DNA of 63,764 bases, the filler included, from Octopus bimaculoides (Eukaryota), in NCBI RefSeq assembly GCF_001194135.2. It is 6 parts of 6 records of this genome, joined end to end, with 100 filler letters (N's around TTAATTAATTAA, not from the genome) between each part and the next. Parts side by side here need not be neighbours in the genome. Positions count along the whole stretch, not along the records: positions 48,972 to 55,441 come from NC_069010.1; positions 55,542 to 62,033 come from NC_068993.1; positions 62,134 to 63,764 come from NC_069007.1; 3 more parts are not named here. One strand, written 5' to 3'. Below the pieces are notes generated by a model, which did no database searches, was not told the DNA's origin, and saw only the letters and a program-made list of their open reading frames with translations. The position numbers and the translations under genes were made by a program. The stretch's first letter is position 1, and every line of letters begins with the position of its first letter. Below, in pieces: positions 52,912-63,764 of the stretch.

Positions 52912-52967
52912 GGATCAGCGAATGGAAGATAGATCTATACACACATTCATATATAAAGAGAAAAGGG

Positions 52968-53003
<36 letters not shown>

Positions 53004-53105
53004 AGCTTTTGCTATAGATCCCATATACATACACATCTAACCATAGAGAATAGCTGACATATTTATACACACACACATAATATATATATATATATATATA
53101 CTTAA

Positions 53106-53137
<32 letters not shown>

Positions 53138-53443
53138 AGATAGACGTCTATAGAGATAGAGAAGAAATGAAAAGGGAGAGATCGCCATGCGAAACATGAA
53201 GAGAAAGGAGGGGAGAAGCCGAGACAGACACAGAGAAAAGAGAGACGGAGAAAAGGGGAAGAGAGAGAGACGAAGCTTCTATCCCAGCCACCATTACTAT
53301 ACTTCTATCTCCCAGCAGCAGTGCATACGCCATTTTCTTTCGTTCTCTACAACGATTTGAGAGAAGGCGATGGTTCGATGTCGACACGAAGCATCTCATC
53401 GACCACCGGGGAAGAATCCGCAGGTATTTCCAGGTGTACTTAC

Positions 53444-53511
53444 CTGCTGGAAGGGTCACTGTAGCGATTCTCCCTGAAGAAATTGTGGTTGGGATCCGAG
53501 TAATCGGCCAT
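53444..53511 (-). CDS. probable first coding exon of an unidentified minus-strand gene (MADYSDPNHNFFRENRYSDPSSx)
   Basis: aaaATGG context, consensus donor CAG|GTAAGT after 53444, unique CpG-containing sequence, and an ETS-type CCGGAAGT at 53539-53546 just upstream. Confidence 0.55.
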
Positions 53512-54688
53512 TTTGGGAAAAAACTACTTCTCTCTCCACCGGAAGTAGTAGAGCACGACCTCTGGTGGTATAATAGGAGAGGAGAGAGAAATAGTCGAAT
53601 AAGAAGAGAGTGGGAGGAGTTGGGAGTATAAGCTGGAGTAGGAAATAGTAGGGAGGGTGAAAGTGAGAGATAAGAATTAGAGACAGAGAGATTAGTGAGG
53701 GTGAGGAATAGAGATAGAGATAAATAGAGAGTGGGAGATGAGTGGGAGAAAGGAACAATCGAGAGAAAGATAGATAGGGGGGAAGAATAAAGATAGAGAT
53801 AGAGTAAGAGCGTGTGAGGGATGGAGAAGGAAAGGCTAGTTATAGTGTGGGAGGGAGAAAAAGATAGAATGAGAGGAAAAGAAAGAATAGAGAAGGGCGA
53901 TGAATAGAAAGGTAAAAGAGAGTGGTAGTGAGAGGGCGAGAGGAAAGTGTATGAGTTAAAGGAAAGGGTGAGTGTGAGAGAAAATTTGAGACACTGAGAG
54001 AGAAAGAAAGGTTAGATAGAGGATGAGGGAATGGAAAGATAGAGAGAGTAGGGTGGTAGAAAGAGCGTCAGATTGGGTATAGAGAGATGGGAAGGGTAGA
54101 GAGAGGACATATAGAGAGGGAAAAGGGAGATAAGGAAGAGGAGAGAACAAGGTAGAGATGGTGGGAGGAAAGAAGAGAGAGTGAAAAGAATAGAGGTCTA
54201 CAATGAAGGATGATAAAAAAGTATTGAGTGAGAGTGAGAGGCAGAATAAGAAAGGAATACTAGAGAGGAGGAGAAGAAAAAGTATGTGTATTGATAGAGT
54301 GGGAGGAAAGTAAGAGAGAAGGTTATTAGAGAGTGTTAGAGAGGGAAATAAGACTAAAAACTACGAGAGAGGGTGAAGGGGAGAGAAAGAATAATACAGC
54401 GTAGAGGGGAGAGGGGAGGCAGAATAATAAAGAAGGGAGGGAGAAAGAGTGAGTTATTGAGAGACTGAGAGAGGGGGAGAAAAAGAAAGAGCGACAAACA
54501 CAGAGAAGTGATAGAAAGACTGAGAGAAGTGTGAGAGTGAAAGGGGGAGTTAGTAATTACGCTTCTTGTTTGCAACCGCGTGGTGGTGCTAAGCTTCCAC
54601 TTCCGTCACCCGGTTTGGTTCCCCCACATGTCAGTGTTGGGGATCTATGTTTTATAATTCGATTGTATTCTTAGCTAAATCCTAAATC
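53512..54688. promoter_or_regulatory. putative divergent promoter region with a central about 1-kb GA-rich tract
   Basis: Lies between two oppositely oriented ATG+GTAAGT exons; CCGGAAGT at 53539 and acttccg at about 54600. Inference only. Confidence 0.4.
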
Positions 54689-54907
54689 ATGGTTGGAATC
54701 GATAAAACTACCCCCGATTCTTCGTCATCATCGTCTGTACTCAAACAGGTTCTTCCATCACCGAAGCTGATGGACATCATACCAAGGGCTGTAGATGTGG
54801 ACCGAGAGATCCTGGATCTCTTCACGGTGCTGGCAGTCGCCTCCAAGGAGAACAGGTTCGTCGCCGTCGGAGACTTAATTGGCAAACTCAAGGAAAAACA
54901 GGACGGA
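54689..54907 (+). CDS. probable first coding exon of an unidentified plus-strand gene (73 aa, MVGIDKTTPDSSSSSSVLKQVLPSPKLMDIIPRAVDVDREILDLFTVLAVASKENRFVAVGDLIGKLKEKQDG)
   Basis: aatcATGG start, GC-rich non-repetitive codons, donor GGA|GTAAGT at 54908 (phase 0), possible acceptor ttcttag at 54674. Confidence 0.7.
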
Positions 54908-55360
54908 GTAAGTCTTAAGCGATCTCTATTTTATTCTTGTCCCATTTAAAGTCTGCAAGACCTTAACTTATTACGATCGAAATAATTCATGCCATGACCA
55001 CCCTTGTCGAATATTTTCTTCCCTGTGCACCTTGTTTTTAGATGGTGTTGAGGGTTTATGTATGATTTGAGAGAGATTTCGGTGTTATTTCTAACAGATC
55101 CATCTCGTAGATTTAAAGCGTAACAAGTATAAACACCACGTGTTCAACACACATACATACGTGTATATATTCACACACACACACACACACACACGTGCAC
55201 GTATCGTCAGTAGTCCATATATCAGGTTGTTTGCTATGGCAAGTCAGATAGTGACCAGGCGATCTTTGGTTTTCCGTCCATTTGAGTTTGACGAGTCGCC
55301 TACAGAGCTAAGATCTTCATCGGTGCGAATTTTTCTGACTGGCCATAACAAACAACCTTC

Positions 55361-55399
<39 letters not shown>

Positions 55400-55864
55400 G
55401 TTCAGTCCCACTGCGTGGCACCTTGGGCATGTGTGTTCTACNNNNNNNNNNNNNNNNNNNNNNNNNNNNNNNNNNNNNNNNNNNNTTAATTAATTAANNN
55501 NNNNNNNNNNNNNNNNNNNNNNNNNNNNNNNNNNNNNNNNNTTTTCCCCCATAAATATATTTAATTTATATAAGGGCATTACTATACAATATTGCCTCGC
55601 GCTAAACAATCGGATAAACAATCGTCTATGTACTATGCTCCTCGGGTTATGTTGATTTTTTATTTTTATGTGTCTTTACCATACGTGTACTGATGAATAA
55701 AAGATGCAGATTACTGCATTGATTATGAGATCATTGGTTTACCGTTAAGTTAAATGTTTTTAGGAGGTTAGCTTTGAAAGTTGCATTCCTTCGCGATCGG
55801 TACAAATGTGCTTATGGTAGTTTTGACTTTTGGAGTCCCTCTTAGCGTGAGGCATTATTGTACA

Positions 55865-56020
55865 GTAATGCCTTTCGGCAACATATGTTTCATAGCGAGT
55901 GGAACCTCAGAAGTGGTAAATATCCAAGCAAAGTGTATATCGCAGACTGCGATACAGAGAAGATTAACATGGTCCCTGCGCAATGATGACACGTGAATTC
56001 GTGAAGCGTTGCATATTTTT
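55865..56020 (+). pseudogene. U6: U6 snRNA retrocopy with internal insertion
   Basis: 55950-56020 matches U6 nt about 37-107 at 65/71 versus the remembered human sequence; ACAGAGA box intact, AGC triad changed to AAC, ends in TTTTT. A weaker 5' match (ttcggca..acatat) lies at 55865-55886. Confidence 0.9.
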
Positions 56021-56075
56021 CTAAAGGCGGCGTTCCAGCATGGCCGCAGTTAAATGACTGAAACAAGTAAAAGAA
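56021..56075 (+). mobile_element. SINE family A 3' tail abutting the U6 T-run
   Basis: ctaaaggcggcgttccagcatggccgcagttaaatgactgaaacaagtaaaaga matches 50948-50997. Confidence 0.88.
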
Positions 56076-56204
56076 CAAAAGAATATATATAGCTATATAT
56101 ATAGCTAAATCTGCAAGTTTTTTTTAATTCTCTCTGTTTATTTCCTTATAATCCCTTCTGTTGAAGAGCGTAGGCTCGAAACGTAAAAGACTTTCTCACT
56201 TTCC

Positions 56205-56690
56205 CGTCTGGGTCAGATGCTTCTTTTGGCTGTCTCGACACGTATACTCGGCCGGTGGTCGGAAATAAGGTTAAGGATGACTCGTCCGAGAAAATAACAT
56301 TCTTCCATTGCTCTAGGGACCAATTCTATAGGTTTTTACTTCACTCTAAACGCTTTGCAAAGTTTGTTTTTGAAAGTAGTTCTTTTCTGATTGCAGCCCT
56401 CCTATGAAATCCGGCTTTGTGAAGCTCCCGACGAACAGTTTTTGTGGGAACTGGGTTCTCGAGGTGGTAATTTTGGGAGCTGTACTTTTGTGATCCTTTC
56501 TAACAATTCGTGTAAGAGTCCGACAGTCCCTATCTGAAAGTTTTGATTTTCTTCCGGAGTTTTGTTTCGACGAGGAGGTTTTTCCCTCTTTCTCAAAGGC
56601 AGTCATTACTTTCGAGACAGTACTTTTTGATACACCAAACATTTCGACTGTTTTCGTTATACTAGCACCAAACGTAGCAGTTTTTTCTTA
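56205..56690 (-). mobile_element. Tc1-family transposase N-terminal fragment (HTH to first catalytic Asp)
   Basis: MFGVSKSTVSKV...SGRKSKLSDRD.RTL.RIVRKD, then WSLEQWKNVIFSDES (56278-56295), GRVYV; frameshifts present, no TIR seen. Confidence 0.88.
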
Positions 56691-57478
56691 TATCTTTGCA
56701 GATATATATATATATATATATATGTTTCTCCTTGTGTATTAACTTCGCCCAGTCCTGTTGGTTAATGAGTAAATTTGTAAATATACTTCATAGTTGCGCT
56801 TATCTGATTATATGCAATTACGTACGTACACGAGAGGTAAACTGTATGCATATGGTATACATTATATCAATGCGTGTTGGCGCGAACTAATGCGTGTATG
56901 AAAGTGAGTACATATGTATGCGCGTGCGTGCGCGTGAATGTGTGTGTGTGCGCGCGTGTGTGTCTGCGTGTGTGTGAGAAACAGTCTGGGTTTATGCTTG
57001 GATGTCTCTATTTACTTTATAACCGGTTTACACATCCTGTATCCATGTATACATATGTTAGTAATATTTATATTAAATTTTAAATGATTGAATTATTAAT
57101 ATAAACATAAAGATTGACGTATTTCCATATATGCGGCTCTTACTATGTTCATTCATCTGTCCATCTGTCTGTGCGTCTTCATCTATATAACGAATAATCG
57201 ATCGATCGATCTGCATATCCATCTGCCTATATCTCTTTACCTCTCTTTCTCTCTCCCCACCTTTCTCTCTCCCCCTCTATGTATGTATGTATGTATGCAT
57301 GCACGTATGTATGTATGTATGTATGTATGTATGTATGTATGTATGTATATTATTTTTCTTCCGCTTCAGTCTTGGAGTGCGGTCATGCTAGAGTACCACC
57401 TTGATATATGGATATATATATACAGAGATAGATATGAGGCAGACAAACAGACAGATGGACGGGTGGACGGATGGATGG

Positions 57479-57514
<36 letters not shown>

Positions 57515-57530
57515 ATGGATGGATGGATGG

Positions 57531-57684
57531 CACTAGCTTAGTTAGAGTGTGTGCGCCCAGGGCGGCCCTTCAGTTTACTGCTCCCGCACCCTGCCTACAG
57601 GGGACCCAAAAGTAGTGCCGCTCCCATAAAAGTGCGGCATGGGGCGGATCACCCCCTCTCTGTCTCCCTCTAGCTACGCTAGTG
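57531..57684. mobile_element. 154-bp MITE with 17-bp TIRs inserted in a (GGAT)n tract
   Basis: cactagcttagttagag ... ctctagctacgctagtg pair at 15/17; atggatgg flanks both sides; GC-rich interior. Confidence 0.75.
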
Positions 57685-58239
57685 ATGGATGGATAGATAG
57701 AAAGATAGATAGATAGATGAATGCTTAGGATGTATGTATGCATGGCTAAATGGATATTTATTTATATGTATACCATGTATATGTATATATATCTATCTAG
57801 ACACACACATACATTATGTGTGTGTGTTACGTAATCAACAGCACTCGTGAAATTTTGAAAAGTTACTGAGGCTAATGACAGACCTACCATAAATCTAAAT
57901 ATTCATATTTATACTCTTCTATATTTAGAAATATTCCCTCTTGTTAAATATATAAAAAGACGGGGAGAAAGCAGAAATATATTGAAATCCAGCTTCCCTT
58001 TTTCCCCCCTCGCTTCTTTATGTTTAAGGGATGTCTGTGGGTTGAAAAGACGTCATCCTTACATCATTCAGAAATGGGTCACGTAATGTAATAAACAGGG
58101 ACGTGAGTGAAATATTTGGTGAGTTTGAGTTGGGGTTACACAAATCTTCGTGGGAAAGTACTGTATATGTGTGTGTGTGTGTGTGTGTATGTGTGTCTAT
58201 ACGTATATGTCTACATACATGTATACGTAGATACACACA

Positions 58240-58274
<35 letters not shown>

Positions 58275-58340
58275 CCAGAATTGGCCCGAGTCATGTCTAA
58301 CTTAATAGCACCACCTGTAAATGTACATGCACGTGCAACA

Positions 58341-58381
<41 letters not shown>

Positions 58382-58395
58382 TCATGCATATATAG

Positions 58396-58728
58396 GCGTG
58401 GCCGTGTGGTAATAGGTTTGCCATGTGTTTCCAAGATCAGTCCCACTGTGCAAGACTCTGTAGATAAGTATCTTCTACTGTAGCCTGGGGCCAATCAAAG
58501 CTTTGTGAGTGGATTTGGTAGACGGAAACTGAAAAAGGTCCGTCGTGTGTGTGTGTGTGTGTGTGTGCTTGTTCCCCATCACAGGTTGTCAACCGGTGTT
58601 GGTGTGTTTACATCCCGGTAATTTAGTAGTGACTGAGAGAATAAGTACTAGACTTTAAAAAAGTACTGGGATAGACTCATTCCGCAAGGCAGTGCCCCAG
58701 TATGGCCGCAGTCTAATGATTGAAACAA
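58396..58728 (+). mobile_element. SINE family A, full length, diverged
   Basis: ggcgtggccgtgtggta head through gccccagtatggccgcagtctaatgattgaaacaag tail. Confidence 0.85.
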
Positions 58729-58778
58729 GGGAAATATATATGTAAATGCATACACACACATAAATATATGTATGTATA

Positions 58779-58811
<33 letters not shown>

Positions 58812-60774
58812 NNNNNNNNNNNNNNNNNNNNNNNNNNNNNNNNNNNNNNNNNNNNNNNNNNNNNNNNNNNNNNNNNNNNNNNNNNNNNNNNNNNNNNNNN
58901 NNNNNNNNNNNNNNNNNNNNNNNNNNNNNNNNNNNNNNNNNNNNNNNNNNNNNNNNNNNNNNNNNNNNNNNNNNNNNNNNNNNNNNNNNNNNNNNNNNNN
59001 NNNNNNNNNNNNNNNNNNNNNNNNNNNNNNNNNNNNNNNNNNNNNNNNNNNNNNNNNNNNNNNNNNNNNNNNNNNNNNNNNNNNNNNNNNNNNNNNNNNN
59101 NNNNNNNNNNNNNNNNNNNNNNNNNNNNNNNNNNNNNNNNNNNNNNNNNNNNNNNNNNNNNNNNNNNNNNNNNNNNNNNNNNNNNNNNNNNNNNNNNNNN
59201 NNNNNNNNNNNNNNNNNNNNNNNNNNNNNNNNNNNNNNNNNNNNNNNNNNNNNNNNNNNNNNNNNNNNNNNNNNNNNNNNNNNNNNNNNNNNNNNNNNNN
59301 NNNNNNNNNNNNNNNNNNNNNNNNNNNNNNNNNNNNNNNNNNNNNNNNNNNNNNNNNNNNNNNNNNNNNATATATATATATGCATAAATACATACATATA
59401 TGTATATACTTACATATATGTATATCTATATGCATATATGGGTAAACAACATGACATATGAAAACAACATGAAATACGAACGCAAACTTAGGTATGCGAA
59501 CAACGAGAGAAATAAATAGAAAACAAGACAAGTAACATAAAGAACGACCCTTCATCAGTTGTCGGCTGTTAATCTACTCCGCATTTCGAGCAATTAACGA
59601 CAATATGAGGCTTCGAAAAAACAGTTGTTCCGGCGAACTAAAATAGAATTTGGGATTTGCGGAGGGTCAAAGTTGGTAACAAAAACAGGACAGTGGAGAC
59701 ATACAACAAGCCAAACGAAAAGAAAAATGGAGGGCCGTTAGGCGAGACGAGGTAAGGTAGCGAACGCTGGGGGAATATATTTTGACAAGAGAAAAGATAG
59801 GAGAGGGGACAGACTGAAGGAAAAGAAAGATGGACGATGGTCACGTGTGAGTAACGAGAGAGAGTAAAGGAGGAAGAGGGAGAGAGAGAAAGAAAGAGAG
59901 AGACAGATAGAAAACGGTGAAGGGGAGAAAAAAGAATTAGAGAAAGGATGAGAGAGAAAAAAACGAAAGCGAGAGAAGGGGAGAAAAAAGAATTAGAGAA
60001 AGGAAGAGAGAGAAAACGAATAAGTATAATAATTCAAAATATATTGGACTAAAAATTATATATTTACTTCTTTAGCTAATATCAATAAAAGATTGATGTC
60101 TGGTATCAGTTAAAGGAATATTTAAGTTATGGAACATTCAAATTTTACACTAATCCTTCTATATATAAACTGAGAGAGTATATTATAGGTTTAAGAAGTT
60201 ATTACTGTTACTCCTTACATAATATTTATATTTTTTGGTGGTACTTGTTTAGAAGGGTTATTTATATAAAGGCCCTTATAAAATACTAAGATCAGGAGGG
60301 CAGAGCCATTTAAGAAAGAGATAAATCAAGTAATCTCAAAAGATCATTTCAAACAGTTTTGTCTTTGTTCAATCAGTCTATGAAATAAAACTGACCCATA
60401 AAAACAAATAAAATCAGTGACAGGCAGAGTCTTCATGACAATTTATTTATTAACTTCTCTGTTGTAGTAGAGACAACATGTTCTTTGTCTATCTCCTTAA
60501 CTTCTTGGAGATTTTAGGTATTATTATTCTCTCGTGTCCATCTGTTCTAATTTAATTAAATTCTATGTCTTTGTGCAGCTGAGGATTGCTCTGCATTTTA
60601 AATTGATGTAATGATTACATTGTTCAATTAAATGGAGTTGCATGAAACGATCGTACTGCATTACCTTTAGATATCCTTGTTGCTTATTTTGATTTTAATC
60701 ACCTTACTTTGAAATTGCATGGATAATACCGTACTAAATTCTGATTCCTCATCTTAAGTACCATATTCACCTGA

Positions 60775-60806
<32 letters not shown>

Positions 60807-60816
60807 GTCTGTCTGC

Positions 60817-60853
<37 letters not shown>

Positions 60854-61199
60854 CATATATATATATATATATATATATANNNNNNNNNNNNNNNNNNNNN
60901 NNNNNNNNNNNNNNNNNNNNNNNNNNNNNNNNNNNNNNNNNNNNNNNNNNNNNNNNNNNNNNNNNNNNNNNNNNNNNNNNNNNNNNNNNNNNNNNNNNNN
61001 NNNNNNNNNNNNNNNNNNNNNNNNNNNNNNNNNNNNNNNNNNNNNNNNNNNNNNNNNNNNNNNNNNNNNNNNNNNNNNNNNNNNNNNNNNNNNNNNNNNN
61101 NNNNNNNNNNNNNNNNNNNNNNNNNNNNNNNNNNNNNNNNNNNNNNNNNNNNNNNNNNNNNNNNNNNNNNNNNNNNNNNNNNNNNNNNNNNNNNNNNNN

Positions 61200-61258
<59 letters not shown>

Positions 61259-61761
61259 AATATATTTTTATACATATGTAAATACATATATATGAGTGTA
61301 TAAATATGTTTATTCATACATGTATATGAATATACATATATATATGCGCACACGTATTTTATTACTTAAAGCCATGTCTATTTTCAACTGTCTGTTCGTT
61401 TTTGTTCATTACAATTCATCGTATTAGCGTTCTAAATATTAATTCCTTTCGTGGTTACCGAACCATCAGCTAATCAGGAGAAAATATGTTGTCAAATGTA
61501 CAAGATATGATTTTGGTAGTATTGTTATAACGCTCAATCCAGCTAGCTGATTTGAAGTTATTTTTATAATATAAATTTTGCATATGGGAGCCCCATGTAA
61601 TAATTTCTGTTCTTGTGCCCGAAAAGGGTCATAACAAATCCCTTAAAGTTATGATCTGCACTGATGTATTTTGGTTGTGGTGGTCGTCGTAGTAGTGGTG
61701 GTGGTGGTGGTGGTGGTTGTGGTGCTGATGATGATGGTGGTGGGGGTGATAGTGGTGTTGG

Positions 61762-61792
<31 letters not shown>

Positions 61793-62329
61793 GATGACAT
61801 GATGAAGACTACGAACTGACGATGACGCCAACGACGACACCAATGATGACGACTACGATGATGGTGATGATGGTGATGATGGTGATGATGATGATTACTA
61901 TTATGCAACAGCTTATAAAGAAGCAACTTTCCAATACTATTTGCAGTACCACCAATTTGACCATTTCTGCCAACACCACCACCACCATCAACCACCATCA
62001 CTACTACCACCACCACCACCACCACCACCACCANNNNNNNNNNNNNNNNNNNNNNNNNNNNNNNNNNNNNNNNNNNNTTAATTAATTAANNNNNNNNNNN
62101 NNNNNNNNNNNNNNNNNNNNNNNNNNNNNNNNNATATATATATATATATATATATATAAAAACAAATAGTAAATGAGTATATGCATATATACGTACAGGT
62201 ATGTGCATACCGACATCCACCTGTATGTATAGGTGCATATCTGGGTACAGGACATTGCAAACAAAACGTAGACGAGAAAACACACAGATTGGACCAACAG
62301 ATTGGACGATTTGACTGAGGACTGGTGAA

Positions 62330-62630
62330 ACCAGAAGGCTACACCAGGCTCCAATCTGATTTGGCAGAGTTTCTACAGCTGGATGTCCTTCCTAGCGCCA
62401 ACTATTTCGAGAGTGTAGTGGGTGCTTTTACATGCCACCAGCACAAAGGTCAGTCAGAATGTCCTGGCAACGGCCACGCTCAAAATGGTGTGTTTTACAT
62501 GCCACCTGCACAGGAGCCAGTCCAGTGGCACTGGCAACAATCTCAATCGAATGTCCTTACACATGCCACCAGTACAAGTGCCAGGAAGGCGACGCTGGGC
62601 ACAGGTGCCATCACGATTTCGCTTTCGCTT
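62330..62630 (-). mobile_element. RTE-type 3' end / RTE-related non-autonomous element with about 67-bp subrepeats
   Basis: Minus-strand gttggcgctaggaaggacatccagctgtagaaac is the typical RTE tail motif (from memory); ttacatgccacc recurs three times. Confidence 0.6.
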
Positions 62631-63469
62631 GCCCATATATATAGATATATATACACAAATACATATATACAGATATATATATATAGACATGCACATATAT
62701 ATATACACACACACACACACATATATACAAACACACAAATACATATTTAGACATGCACACATACATATATATACACACACAAACACACATATATACATAC
62801 ATATGCACACATACACACCCACACATATATACACACAAACATATATACACACACAAATACATATATACACACACATACCTATACACATACACATACATAT
62901 ACACGTACAGATATATACACACACATATACACACACACATATACACACACACATATATACACATACATGCACACACATAGAGGCACACACACATATATAC
63001 ACATACATGCACACACATACATACACACATACAGGCACACACACATACATATATATACATATATATATACACACACATATATACAAACACACACACATAT
63101 ACAAATACACACATACATACACACATATATGCATACACTGACAAACACATATATACACATATTTAAAATCAAAAGCATGAAAAAACAAAAGAAACACTTT
63201 GTTGTCAGCGTCATAGAAATTTCTAAAAATAGAGAAAAAAAATTATGGAAACAAAGGTTAAGAATGATGTCTCATAATGGCACCAAACCAATTTGTAGCA
63301 GAAAAGGGGAGGAGGGCGGGGAGAGGAACAGTTAAACAGAGAGGATGCAAAATATGAGTTGATGAATCATAAGATGTAGTGTCCATGCTTGTCAGAAAAA
63401 AAAAAACTAAAATAATAATAATAATAATAAATAATAAGTAATAATGGTGCAGTTGTGGCTGTGAATCTA

Positions 63470-63562
63470 TATTCGAAGACATTTGCCCAAAGTGTTGTGC
63501 AATGGGACTGAACCTAGAACCATGTGGTTGGGAAGCAAACTTCTTACCACACAGCCACGCTT
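63470..63562 (-). mobile_element. SINE family A head
   Basis: Reverse complement of gcgtggctgtgtggtaagaagtttgcttcccaaccacatggttctaggttcagtccca. Confidence 0.85.
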
Positions 63563-63585
63563 GTGTCTATATATATATATATATA

Positions 63586-63727
63586 TACCGGAGTAAGCAC
63601 ATGAAATGTGCAACAAGGTGGAAAAAAGAGTACTCAAATACCAGAGGTAGAGTAATATGCTTTATTTAAAAGCAGCAGAAATATAACAAAAGATTGTTAC
63701 TCTGAGTTTCATGTTCCCGTTCATCCA
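63586..63727 (-). mobile_element. possible Penelope-like terminal repeat fragment
   Basis: A hammerhead-like motif is followed by aataaa and T-rich sequence; resemblance only. Confidence 0.4.
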
Positions 63728-63764
63728 TGTATATGTATATGTATATATGTGTCTATGTATATAT

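Noticed and set aside
53436-53447. tacttacctg resembling the U1 snRNA 5' end
   Set aside because: No further U1 similarity; it is simply the complement of a consensus donor on the minus strand.
59552-59603. Minus-strand GAAA...GUA hairpin followed by CUGAUGA (hammerhead?)
   Set aside because: The boxes are in non-type-I order and stem I cannot form. The region folds instead as a simple hairpin (ttgtcg/cgacaa, gttaat/attaac). It is possibly a Penelope-like terminal repeat but not supportable as a ribozyme.
60050-60560. AT-rich stretch suspected of being a mitochondrial insertion or old LINE RT
   Set aside because: Many stops in all frames under both the standard and invertebrate mitochondrial codes, and no motif clear enough to call.

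Overview
Eukaryotic, AT-rich, gap-riddled genomic DNA dominated by microsatellites and retroelements. From memory (not a database search), the SINE/LINE families match those of octopus (coleoid cephalopod) genomes. No prokaryotic features, CRISPR arrays, rRNA or intact tRNA genes are supported. Almost all ORFs in the supplied track are microsatellite or N-gap artefacts. Supported content: (1) six decayed R4/Dong-clade non-LTR retrotransposon copies, five abutting (TAA)n tracts in a strand-specific way and one with a twin-priming-type 5' inversion; (2) Tx1-like, CR1/L2-like and RTE-like LINE relics; (3) several tRNA-derived SINE families, some in head-to-tail trains; (4) an internally deleted mariner with intact TIRs, a Tc1 transposase fragment and a 154-bp MITE; (5) a U6 snRNA retrocopy carrying an internal insertion and fused to a SINE 3' tail; (6) several Penelope-type hammerhead-ribozyme-like relics; (7) two long inverted repeats at 26.2-27.2 kb; (8) a probable head-to-head gene pair at 53.4-54.9 kb (unidentified products) plus a few candidate internal exons. 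Five 44N-TTAATTAATTAA-44N blocks are scaffolding joins, so linkage across them is not proven. Repeat boundaries were read by eye and are approximate unless exact positions are given in the evidence.
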